The notes beneath the pieces were generated by a model, which made no database searches, was not told the origin of the DNA, and worked only from the letters and a program-made list of their open reading frames with translations. Positions 17,480 to 25,533 of a stretch of 58,146 nt of DNA are shown in pieces. The number at the start of each line of letters is the position of its first letter. Position 1 is the stretch's first letter. A program made the position numbers and the translations under genes. The DNA comes from a bacterium (GTDB taxonomy: Bacteria > JAUVQV01 > DATDCY01), in contig DATDCY010000279.1 in assembly GCA_036524115.1 (NCBI GenBank), positions 1-58,146 on the forward strand, in the 5' to 3' direction.

Positions 17480-18575
17480 CGCTCTTGTCCGGCCTGGGGG
17501 CCGCCCGGGTGAAGACAAGGACATCCTCCAGGGGGACGAGATCGGCGTACTCCCGCTGCAGGGCATACCCCGCGCGTGCAAACGCCTCCCTGCCCGCCTG
17601 CGACAGCCCCGACGTGAACAAGGCGTCGCTTCTCAGGAACTTCCGGAATCGCTGGACGATCAGGAGCTTGTTGATCATCCTGGCCTTTTCACCGGAAACC
17701 CAGGTTGCGTTCGGTGTCCCCCGCACCACGCTCTGCCGGTTGTTGGAGAGGGCGAGCCATTGAACGAACTCCCGCTCTCCGGGGCTGAATGCCAGATCCT
17801 TCCTGAGGGCCTCGCCGTCGAGGAAGGCCATGCCGAAGTTGGCGTCCGCCAGCGTGGCGTTGAAATCCCCGGCAACCGCAGCGGCCAGACCCGCAGCAGC
17901 GCCCGATCCCGCCGACGCCCTCATCACCTCCGGGGTGGATTCCCGAAAGACCCGGGAGAACGGGGAGTCGAGGCGTTCCCGCAGGATCTCCCTGGCAAGC
18001 GCTTCGTGGTCGTCGGTGAAATCGGCCGCGGAGAAGTCGGGGACGCTCTTCTGGAGGATGAGGACGAGCCGCCCGCCCGGCGCCAACGACCCCAGGAGGT
18101 ATCTCAGGAACTCGGCTTCCTTCCCGTAGTCCATGAGGACGTGGAACATGGCGATCAGCTCGTAGGTGTCCGATCGATAGAAGGGGTCGAGGCCGTCGCG
18201 TTTCACCAACGCGGGGACGATGTTCGGAAGCCCCCGTGCCGCTGCCTGCTCCTGCACGTACCGCACGCAGCCCTCGTTGACATCGGTGGCGTACACTCTT
18301 CCCTGCCCGTGGAGCCGATCGGCGAAGGCGTATGCGAACTGGCCGGTGCCGGTGCCGAGATCCAGGATGGTCATCCCCGGCCTGATCGCCAGCACGTCCC
18401 AGAGCGCCGCCGTGTTCAGCATCTCGAAGCGCCGGCTGTCGCGCTCGATCCTCCCGGGGACGAGGACGCCGCTCTGGGTGCCCGAATGCGCAGCCGCCGC
18501 GGGGTTCCCGGCCGCGACGAGCAGCGCCGGCACCAGGCACAGGAGCCGGAAGGCGGCCGTTCCGTGGTTCTTCAT
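17466..18575 (-). CDS. class I SAM-dependent methyltransferase with N-terminal signal peptide and long C-terminal extension (paralog 2)
   Basis: ATG 18575 overlaps the upstream stop (ATGA). MKNHGTAAFRLLCLVPALLVAAGNPAAAAHSG, then ILDLGTGTGQFAY and GGRLVLI. Alignable with 14929..16053 over its whole length. Confidence 0.8.
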   Translation of the reverse strand: MKNHGTAAFRLLCLVPALLVAAGNPAAAAHSGTQSGVLVPGRIERDSRRFEMLNTAALWDVLAIRPGMTILDLGTGTGQFAYAFADRLHGQGRVYATDVNEGCVRYVQEQAAARGLPNIVPALVKRDGLDPFYRSDTYELIAMFHVLMDYGKEAEFLRYLLGSLAPGGRLVLILQKSVPDFSAADFTDDHEALAREILRERLDSPFSRVFRESTPEVMRASAGSGAAAGLAAAVAGDFNATLADANFGMAFLDGEALRKDLAFSPGEREFVQWLALSNNRQSVVRGTPNATWVSGEKARMINKLLIVQRFRKFLRSDALFTSGLSQAGREAFARAGYALQREYADLVPLEDVLVFTRAAPRPDKSDAAR

Positions 18576-19828
18576 CGCTCGTCCGTCCTCTTGCCGGCGA
18601 CGCGGCTCATGACGCGGTAGGCGCAGACATCGCCGCAGACGCTGCACCCCGCTCCTTTCTCGCCGGCCTGCCTGAGCACGGTCCTCACCCGCTCGTCCCG
18701 GGCGAACGGCAGCTGGTCCTTCCAGGAGCCGGCCTCACGCGCGACGGAAAGAGCGTGATCCATCTCCCGGTCCTTTCCCCGCGCCAGATCGGCGCCGTGG
18801 CAGGCCAGCGCCGCGACGATGCAGCCCTCCCTGGTCTGCTCCTCGTCCGGCATGCCGAGGTGCTCCGCCGGCGTCACGGCGAAGATTTCGTCGGCCCCGG
18901 CGAGGAGGGCGATGATCTGCCCCATGGCGGCGCTGGCGTGATCGAACCCCAGCGAGATGTCGGTGACCTGGGGGCCGAAGCAGGTGATGGGGACGCGCAG
19001 CAGCTCCTTCTGATAGCGGATGAAGGGGCCGATCCTGTCGGCAGGCAGGTGCCCCCCGGAGCCGGCCATGATCTGCACGCCGGCCGCCCTGGCGCGGCCG
19101 ACATACTCGGCCATCGTCTTCAGCTCCTCGTACTGCGGGCCGTCGAGCGCGTCGTGAATGCAGCCCGAGCGGAAGGAGCCGACGACGGACAGGGTCGTGC
19201 CGTGCTCCTTTGCCAGCGCGAGGATCTCGTCGAAATGGCGGCAGTAGGGGTTCTCCCGGTCGTTGTGCGCGATCCAGGCGCTCATGATCGAGCCGGACTT
19301 GCTGCAGCAGGGCATCACGCGCCCGCTGTCGTTCAGCCCCGCCACGATCGACCGGGAAATGCCCAGCGGCAGCAGCAGCACCTCGATGCCCTGCTCGATG
19401 TCCCTCCTGGCCGCCTCGATGAATTCGCCTTCGGCGAGATCGACGAAGGGCCTCTGGCGGAGGCAGGCGTCGGCCATGACACCGATGGGATGGCACAACG
19501 CAAGGGGGGCGGCCACGGCGTCCCGGAGGCGCCGGTGCATCTCCCGCACGTCGCCGCCGGCGCTGCCGTCGTGGACGACGGCCGCCCCCTGCTCGACGGC
19601 GATCTTCGCCTTCCTGACGACCGTCTCCATGTCCGGCTCCGCCGTGGACGTGCCGACGATGCAGGCGAATTTCGCCCTGAGGCCCTTCCCGATGCCGACC
19701 GGCCGCACCCCCGCCCGCCCGGACGTGATGATCACCGCCTCGCCGGCGGCGTGGGCGGCGGCGAGCGCCTCGACGGGCACCTGCTCCCGGTGGGCCACCT
19801 CGGCTACTTCCTTCGGCGAAACAGGCAT
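18572..19828 (-). CDS. ThiC-family (phosphomethylpyrimidine synthase/BzaF-like) radical SAM-dependent enzyme, divergent
   Basis: GSGGHLP (compare GPGHVP), FGPQVTDISLGFDHASAAMG, TPAEHLGMP and the C-terminal Cys cluster CSVCGDVC. Confidence 0.8.
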   Translation of the reverse strand: MPVSPKEVAEVAHREQVPVEALAAAHAAGEAVIITSGRAGVRPVGIGKGLRAKFACIVGTSTAEPDMETVVRKAKIAVEQGAAVVHDGSAGGDVREMHRRLRDAVAAPLALCHPIGVMADACLRQRPFVDLAEGEFIEAARRDIEQGIEVLLLPLGISRSIVAGLNDSGRVMPCCSKSGSIMSAWIAHNDRENPYCRHFDEILALAKEHGTTLSVVGSFRSGCIHDALDGPQYEELKTMAEYVGRARAAGVQIMAGSGGHLPADRIGPFIRYQKELLRVPITCFGPQVTDISLGFDHASAAMGQIIALLAGADEIFAVTPAEHLGMPDEEQTREGCIVAALACHGADLARGKDREMDHALSVAREAGSWKDQLPFARDERVRTVLRQAGEKGAGCSVCGDVCAYRVMSRVAGKRTDER

Positions 19829-19832
19829 ATCC

Positions 19833-21038
19833 CTAGGGCGATGTGGTGAACGAGCGGCCCTCGACCCCTTTCCAGTAACGCTCGACCGCGGCCGCCAGGT
19901 CCTCCTCCCGCCCGATCAGACACTCGGGGACCGCCTCGCGCCCGGAGAACCCCCCGGCGCCCCCGGTGAAGAAGGACAGGACCGTTTCCCCTTCCCGGAT
20001 CGTACCCTCGTCGATCGCCTGGAGCGTGCCGGCAAGGGCCATGATCCCCGCCTTCTCCATGATCTCCTCCCGGCCGTTCACCTCCCTCGTCTTCACGGGG
20101 ATGTCGTTGTTCGCGAGCTCTCGCAGCAGCAGCGGCAGGCGCCTTTCGTACTCCTCCCGCCGCAGGGCGCGCAATTCGCCGCCGTAGCGCTCCAGGTGCC
20201 GGCAAAGCAGGGGATAGCTCCCCTCGGGGTTGGTGTTGTACAGCGCCTGATCCAGCAGGTCGTCCGAGACGCACTCGGCGTCCTCGGCCTCGATCCGCCG
20301 GTGCCCCTTCCGCCAGGCCCGCGCCATCGGCGAGCGCGCTTCCTGCTGAATCCCGAGGAACTTCGGCACGCCCTCGACGCCCATGGCGCCTTCGCGCACC
20401 AGCGCTCCGACCCGGTCGTAGAAGCCGATGGGGCCGAACCCCGCGCAGATCGTCTGGCTCACCCAGTCGAAGCGCAGCCGCCGCTCCACCATGGTCTCGA
20501 AGACGAACAGCGCCCGCAGGCCCGTGGCGGCGAAGCGCCACTCCAGCGCCGGAACGTGCGGGATCCCGCTCATCTCCGCGAAGAGCAGGGCGGCCCTCTT
20601 GACGTCCCTCTCCGGCCTGTCGACCGAGATGACGTGCGCGCCGGGGAACGCGAAGGAGGCGTCGTCGAGCTTCCAGGAAGTGGCGTCCGGGTGGAAGAAG
20701 AAGGTCTCGACGCCCGCGCTGCGGCCGTACAGCGAAAGGGCCGCGCCGAGATTGGCCCCCGAGGAGAAGGCCGCCGCCCGGTAACCCCTCTTGCGGCACA
20801 GGGCCATGACGAAACAGGCTTCCAGCGACTTGAAGGTGCCGGACGCCATCAGCGTCGATTCGTCGTCGAGATAGACCCGGACGCCCTTGTATTCGAGGAA
20901 CTCCAGGATCCGGGCCCCTTCCCGGAGGCTGACCCGACGATAATCGTCCTCGCTCAATTCATCGAACCCGATTGCCCGATGGTAGCGAAGGATCAGGCTC
21001 TCTCCCGGGGCGAACGCCGGGTCGACGTGCCTATCCAC
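19833..21038 (-). CDS. PLP-dependent enzyme of the tryptophan-synthase-beta/threonine-synthase-like fold (start uncertain)
   Basis: ASGTFKSLEA is a candidate PLP-lysine motif, with SSGANLGAALS and a Gly-rich FFTGGAGG near the C-terminus. GTG 21038 overlaps the upstream stop by 8 nt. The track's start at 21128 would overlap by 98 nt. Confidence 0.6.
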   Translation of the reverse strand: MDRHVDPAFAPGESLILRYHRAIGFDELSEDDYRRVSLREGARILEFLEYKGVRVYLDDESTLMASGTFKSLEACFVMALCRKRGYRAAAFSSGANLGAALSLYGRSAGVETFFFHPDATSWKLDDASFAFPGAHVISVDRPERDVKRAALLFAEMSGIPHVPALEWRFAATGLRALFVFETMVERRLRFDWVSQTICAGFGPIGFYDRVGALVREGAMGVEGVPKFLGIQQEARSPMARAWRKGHRRIEAEDAECVSDDLLDQALYNTNPEGSYPLLCRHLERYGGELRALRREEYERRLPLLLRELANNDIPVKTREVNGREEIMEKAGIMALAGTLQAIDEGTIREGETVLSFFTGGAGGFSGREAVPECLIGREEDLAAAVERYWKGVEGRSFTTSP

Positions 21039-22200
21039 GGCTCGGACTCTTCGGCCGGGAGCGCACGGTCTTCCGAATGAGCGCGAGGATCTCGGCTTCG
21101 GAGACGCCGCGCTCCCGGCTTGCGGCACGCAGGGCGCGGAGGATCGCGGCGCTCTCGCGCCTCCCCGGGGCGAGCCCGAGCTTCCGGCAGAACGGCTCGA
21201 GCGCGTCGGTGTAATCCACCGGGAGCGTGAAGGCGAACTTCCTGGCCGCGCCGATCGCCTCCGGCTCGAAGGGCTCGAAACCGCGGCGGTTGCCGGACGC
21301 CGCGTTGCGGATGTGCTGGACCGGCGAGTGGAGAAACGTGAATTCCCCGACGACGGCCTTCACGCGGCACTTGTCGATCCCGGAGAGTTTCTCGACGAGC
21401 CCCGAGAGGGCGCTCACCTTCTCCAGCCGGAGCCCGGTCCGCACGCCGTGGAGCACCTCCAGCGCGAGCACCACCTCTTCCAGAGCGGCGTTGCCCCCGC
21501 GGTCCCCCAGGCCGTTCGTCACGACGTCCGCGCCGGCGGCGCCGGCGGCGAGGCCGGCGAGCGTGTTCGCCGTCGCGAGGCCGAAATCGTTGTGACAATG
21601 CACGACGATCGGCAGGGAGCATTTCTTCTTCGCGCCGGAGACCATGGCCGTCATCAGCTCCGGTGTGGCGACGCCGGTCGTGTCGTAGAGGATGACCCGA
21701 TCCGCGCCGGCTCCCTGGCCCTCGCGCATCAGCCGGACGAGAAATGCGAGATCCGTCCTCGTGGCGTCGACAAAGCCCAGCCCCACCCGCACCCGGCGTC
21801 TCTTCGCGTGGGCCAATCCGTCCCGGAGCAGCCCGGGCAGGCCGCCCTTGCTGATCTTGTAGTAGTCCTTGAGATTCAGGAGGGTGTCGGACGTGGGAAC
21901 CAGCAGCTCGACCCGATCGAGGCTCGATGCCGCGGCGACGTCGATATCCTCCCTGCACCTCGCGCGGTGGGCGAGGACGAGCGCCGATGTCCGGATTCGC
22001 AGGCCGCGGGACTTGATCGCCGCCGCCAGGGGCAGGCAGCCCCGGATGCCGTAGGGCATGCCGATCTCGATCTCCGGGACCCGCATCTCCTCGAGCATCA
22101 GAACGATCTTCAGCTTCTGCGCGAGGGACAGCTCGACGCCGGGCAGCTCCAGCCCCTCGCGCAGGGTGGAATCTCTGATGAGCACGGGCTTCACGATCAC
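21031..22200 (-). CDS. HMGL-like DRE-TIM metallolyase (homocitrate/isopropylmalate/citramalate synthase family)
   Basis: IRDSTLREG, HCHNDFGLATANTLAGLAAGA and LGDRGGNAALEEV. GTG 22200 follows AGGAGA. Confidence 0.85.
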   Translation of the reverse strand: MIVKPVLIRDSTLREGLELPGVELSLAQKLKIVLMLEEMRVPEIEIGMPYGIRGCLPLAAAIKSRGLRIRTSALVLAHRARCREDIDVAAASSLDRVELLVPTSDTLLNLKDYYKISKGGLPGLLRDGLAHAKRRRVRVGLGFVDATRTDLAFLVRLMREGQGAGADRVILYDTTGVATPELMTAMVSGAKKKCSLPIVVHCHNDFGLATANTLAGLAAGAAGADVVTNGLGDRGGNAALEEVVLALEVLHGVRTGLRLEKVSALSGLVEKLSGIDKCRVKAVVGEFTFLHSPVQHIRNAASGNRRGFEPFEPEAIGAARKFAFTLPVDYTDALEPFCRKLGLAPGRRESAAILRALRAASRERGVSEAEILALIRKTVRSRPKSPSRG

Positions 22201-22216
22201 TCGGTCTCCTGTTGAC

Positions 22217-23101
22217 TTACCTGCTGACGAGCAGGAGGGCGACGCCGCCGACCGCCACGGCCGTCGCCAGGCCGGCCTTCAGGGAAATTCGTTCCCCGAG
22301 CAGGATAGCTGCGATGGGCAGGATGAACAAGGGCGCCGTGGAGCCGAGCGCGCCGGCGAGAGAAGCGTCGAGATGCTTCAGCGACAGCAGGGAGAGCCAG
22401 AAGCCGCCAAAGACCACGATGAAGACGATGAGGGAGACCTTTCGCAGGAGCCTCGGGTCTCCGAAGGGAGCCACCCAGCCCCGCAGCTGGCGACTGAGGA
22501 ATCCCCAGCAGAGCAGTCCGCCGACGCCCCAGAGCATCCGGATCAGGGTGGCCTGCACCGAGGGGACGGCGCGGACGCCGATCTTGGCGCAGATGATCCC
22601 GGCGGTCATGAAGAGGACGGAGAGGAGCCGGAGCACGACCCCCCGCGACGTGCCGCCTGCCAGCCCCACGCGCGCCTGGCGCGCCTGCACGACCCAGGCG
22701 ACGCCGCCCACGGTGAGGCAGATGCCGGCCCACGCGGCGATGGATGGTCGCTCGCCCAGGAAGATGACGGCGGAAGCGGCCACGCAGACAGGGACGAGGG
22801 TTCCCATGAGCGAGGAGAGACTCGGGCCCAGGTGCATCAGGGAGAGGAAGAAAAACGTATCCCCGAGGGTGATCCCGAGCAGACCGCTGATCCCGAGGTA
22901 GAGAAAGTCGTGCAGGCTCATCGGCTCCAGGCGGATCACGAGAAAGGCCGCGGCGAGAAAGAGGCTGCCGATGACGCCCTTGCCCAGGTTCATGCTGAAC
23001 GGGGAGATCTCCTCCCCGATCTTGCGCCACAACACGGTGCCGAGGGCCCAGGAGGCGGAGGATGCCAACGCCACGAGACCGAAGAAGAGCTGGCTGTCCA
23101 C
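22217..23101 (-). CDS. EamA/DMT-family transporter
   Basis: About ten hydrophobic segments in two EamA-like halves. N-terminus ...LASSASWALGTVLWRKIG. GTG start. Confidence 0.85.
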   Translation of the reverse strand: MDSQLFFGLVALASSASWALGTVLWRKIGEEISPFSMNLGKGVIGSLFLAAAFLVIRLEPMSLHDFLYLGISGLLGITLGDTFFFLSLMHLGPSLSSLMGTLVPVCVAASAVIFLGERPSIAAWAGICLTVGGVAWVVQARQARVGLAGGTSRGVVLRLLSVLFMTAGIICAKIGVRAVPSVQATLIRMLWGVGGLLCWGFLSRQLRGWVAPFGDPRLLRKVSLIVFIVVFGGFWLSLLSLKHLDASLAGALGSTAPLFILPIAAILLGERISLKAGLATAVAVGGVALLLVSR

Positions 23102-23128
23102 AACCTCCCCGAACTGCCGCGCCTCTGG

Positions 23129-25519
23129 CTAAAAGAAGTTGTAGTCGGTGACGGCCACGGCCAGGTTCCGGGCCTTTGCCAGCTCGGCTTCGGTCGGGAC
23201 AGTCGACCGCACCGTGATCTCGAACGTGACCGTCCCGGCGGTGCGCCCCGCCGTGTAGTGCGTCGCGCTCTCGCCGTTCTTGCCGGTCAACCCCTTGTCG
23301 TCCCGCAACTCTCCGCCGCCGCTGGCGATCGCGTACTCGACCTCGGTGTTGTCGTTCGGGTTGTCGTTGATGTCGGTCACCAGCACCGACAGCTCGGCGC
23401 GGCTCCGGCCATCGGCCGGCAGCTTTTCCGGATTGAGCGTGATGGCGATCTTCGCCGGGGCATCGCTGCGCAGCTCGATCGACACCGTGCCGCTGATCTC
23501 CGCGGTCCTGTCGGTCGCCGTGATCAGCACGATGCCGATCTTCTTCCCGGCGGTGTAGACCGCGCGCGCCTCGCCTTTCCTGTCGGTGATGTCCTTCACC
23601 GTCCGGATCGAGCCGGCTCCGGAGGCAACGCCGAAGTCGACCGTGTGGCCCTCTACCGGCGCGCCGCCGAGGGTCACCCGCGCCGTGATCCGCGCCTGGC
23701 TCCTGCCATCCGCCGTCAGCCATTCGTCGCTGGAGGTCACCGCGATCTCGTACCCCGCCGCCATCGCAGCGGTTTCCTGCGCCGGCTCGAGCTCGAGCTG
23801 GGCGGCCGCCGTGATGTAGGTCTTCACCCAGGCCGAGCCGGTGCTGTTGCTCACCATGTCGCGCGCCACGATGATCGCCGTCTTCGCAGCGAAGCCGGCG
23901 ACATAGGTCAGTTCCACCCGGCCGAACAGGTCGGTCTCGAGCCAGCGGTCCTGCGTGATCCTGCCGCCGACCTGGTCGGCGAAGTCCCCGCCGCCGACCA
24001 CGCCGGTGTACGTCGAGGTCGTGGCCAGCAGGAATTTCACCTTGTGGCCGGGAACGGCCTTGCCATTGGCATCCGTCACCGTCACGGCAACCTTGGACCT
24101 GGAGACCTCATCCGCCTTCAGCTCGTTCGGCTCGGCGGCCACCGCGACGGTGAGGCCAGGGTCGATCGCGAGCACCGTCGTGTCGGTGAGCGTGGTTTCG
24201 GCGCCCAGACGCTCGAGACGGCCGACGACCACGGCCCGGGGGTAGCGGTCCTGCCACCCGGCTCGATAGGAGCCGCCATAGACCCCGGGCTCCGTCTCCG
24301 TCAGCGGCTGCCGTGTGATCGGCGCGAGAACCGTCCGGGTCGTCCCGTCGCGCATGAGCGCCACCGCAGCCAGGTAGTAGGGCGTGTCGACCTGCAAATA
24401 CTCGAAGGTGTAGGACTGCACGCCGGCTTCCAGCTGCTCGACGGGCTCCACCCCCGGGGCGGCCGGGTCGAAGGGCACCGTGCTCGCGTAGACGCGGTAG
24501 CTCTCGACGTCGCGCAGATTGACCTCGCCCGGCTCGTAGAAGGCCTTTTCCTCGAGATAGACCCCCCAGCCGCGCCAGTCGAGGGTGATCCTGCCGCCGA
24601 GGTCGGGGTAGTGCACGAGGTCGAAGGTTGCCGTCGCGCCGGGGTTCCCTTCCAGGGTCACGTGAAGCGTGTCGCCGGCCACGAGCTTGCCGGAGAAGCC
24701 GGAGACCTTGGCCGCGTCGTGGCCCACCGACGAGATGGCGGGGGGCTGGGACGCCGGGACGTCGTCCACGGAGGCGGTGAAGCTCTCGACGAGGGCGCTG
24801 CGGAGATAGGGACGCCTCTTCCCTGGGGGGAGAGCGCGGGCGCCGTCGGGGTCGGGGACCGGGGGGCCGTAGCTCCCGAGCTGGACCGAGACCACGCCGG
24901 AGAGGAAGGCGCCGAGGGGCCTGGAATCGAAGGCCTTGGGCTGGCCCAGCCGCTCGCGGTCGCTGTTGACCCGCTCTCGCTCCGCCGGGCTCAGGGACCT
25001 CCCGGGCTCGTCGTCCCCGGCCTTCCTGGTCTGCTCCTTGCCGTCGACCGAGACGGCGTACTTCCTGGCCCCATCGTCCCAGGTCAGGTCCACGTGGATC
25101 GATTCGCCGCGGGCCACCGGCCGGTCCAGCTCGACGACCGGTCCCCAGAGGCCGATCCCGTGATGTCGATACTCATCGCCTTTTCCCGGGCCGCGAAACG
25201 TGAGCGTGGGGTTGCGGCCCGCAGCCGGCGCCCAGCTCACCTGCAGGCGCAGCACCTGGACGCCGGAACGGTCCAGCAGGGAGAAGACGGTCTCCCCCGC
25301 CGCCGCCGGGGTGTCGCCCGTGCGCTGCAGGTCGAAGGAGATGGCTCCCCGGCTCGCCCCCGCGAAGGAGACGGGCAGCGCGAGGGAGTCCGCGACCTCC
25401 GACTGGTTCCAGCCCTTCCCCCCGAACGTCCGCCCCGCGACCTCACGGGCCGGGACGGCGCTCGCGCCCGCGAGCAGCCAGATGCCGAGGACCCCGAGAG
25501 AACACCATTTCTTTCCCAT
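23129..25519 (-). CDS. secreted protein with three C-terminal Big_1 (invasin/intimin-type Ig-like) domains
   Basis: ATG 25519 lies inside ORF 23129..26656. Signal peptide MGKKWCSLGVLGIWLLAGASAVPA. Repeats of the form L.ADG.S.a.vtv.VtD.nG.pv.g..V.F (LKADEVSRSKVAVTVTDANGKAVPGHKVKF, LTADGRSQARITARVTLGGAPVEGHTVDF, LPADGRSRAELSVLVTDINDNPNDNTEVEY). Confidence 0.75.
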   Translation of the reverse strand: MGKKWCSLGVLGIWLLAGASAVPAREVAGRTFGGKGWNQSEVADSLALPVSFAGASRGAISFDLQRTGDTPAAAGETVFSLLDRSGVQVLRLQVSWAPAAGRNPTLTFRGPGKGDEYRHHGIGLWGPVVELDRPVARGESIHVDLTWDDGARKYAVSVDGKEQTRKAGDDEPGRSLSPAERERVNSDRERLGQPKAFDSRPLGAFLSGVVSVQLGSYGPPVPDPDGARALPPGKRRPYLRSALVESFTASVDDVPASQPPAISSVGHDAAKVSGFSGKLVAGDTLHVTLEGNPGATATFDLVHYPDLGGRITLDWRGWGVYLEEKAFYEPGEVNLRDVESYRVYASTVPFDPAAPGVEPVEQLEAGVQSYTFEYLQVDTPYYLAAVALMRDGTTRTVLAPITRQPLTETEPGVYGGSYRAGWQDRYPRAVVVGRLERLGAETTLTDTTVLAIDPGLTVAVAAEPNELKADEVSRSKVAVTVTDANGKAVPGHKVKFLLATTSTYTGVVGGGDFADQVGGRITQDRWLETDLFGRVELTYVAGFAAKTAIIVARDMVSNSTGSAWVKTYITAAAQLELEPAQETAAMAAGYEIAVTSSDEWLTADGRSQARITARVTLGGAPVEGHTVDFGVASGAGSIRTVKDITDRKGEARAVYTAGKKIGIVLITATDRTAEISGTVSIELRSDAPAKIAITLNPEKLPADGRSRAELSVLVTDINDNPNDNTEVEYAIASGGGELRDDKGLTGKNGESATHYTAGRTAGTVTFEITVRSTVPTEAELAKARNLAVAVTDYNFF

Positions 25520-25533
25520 GGCTGATGCTCCCC

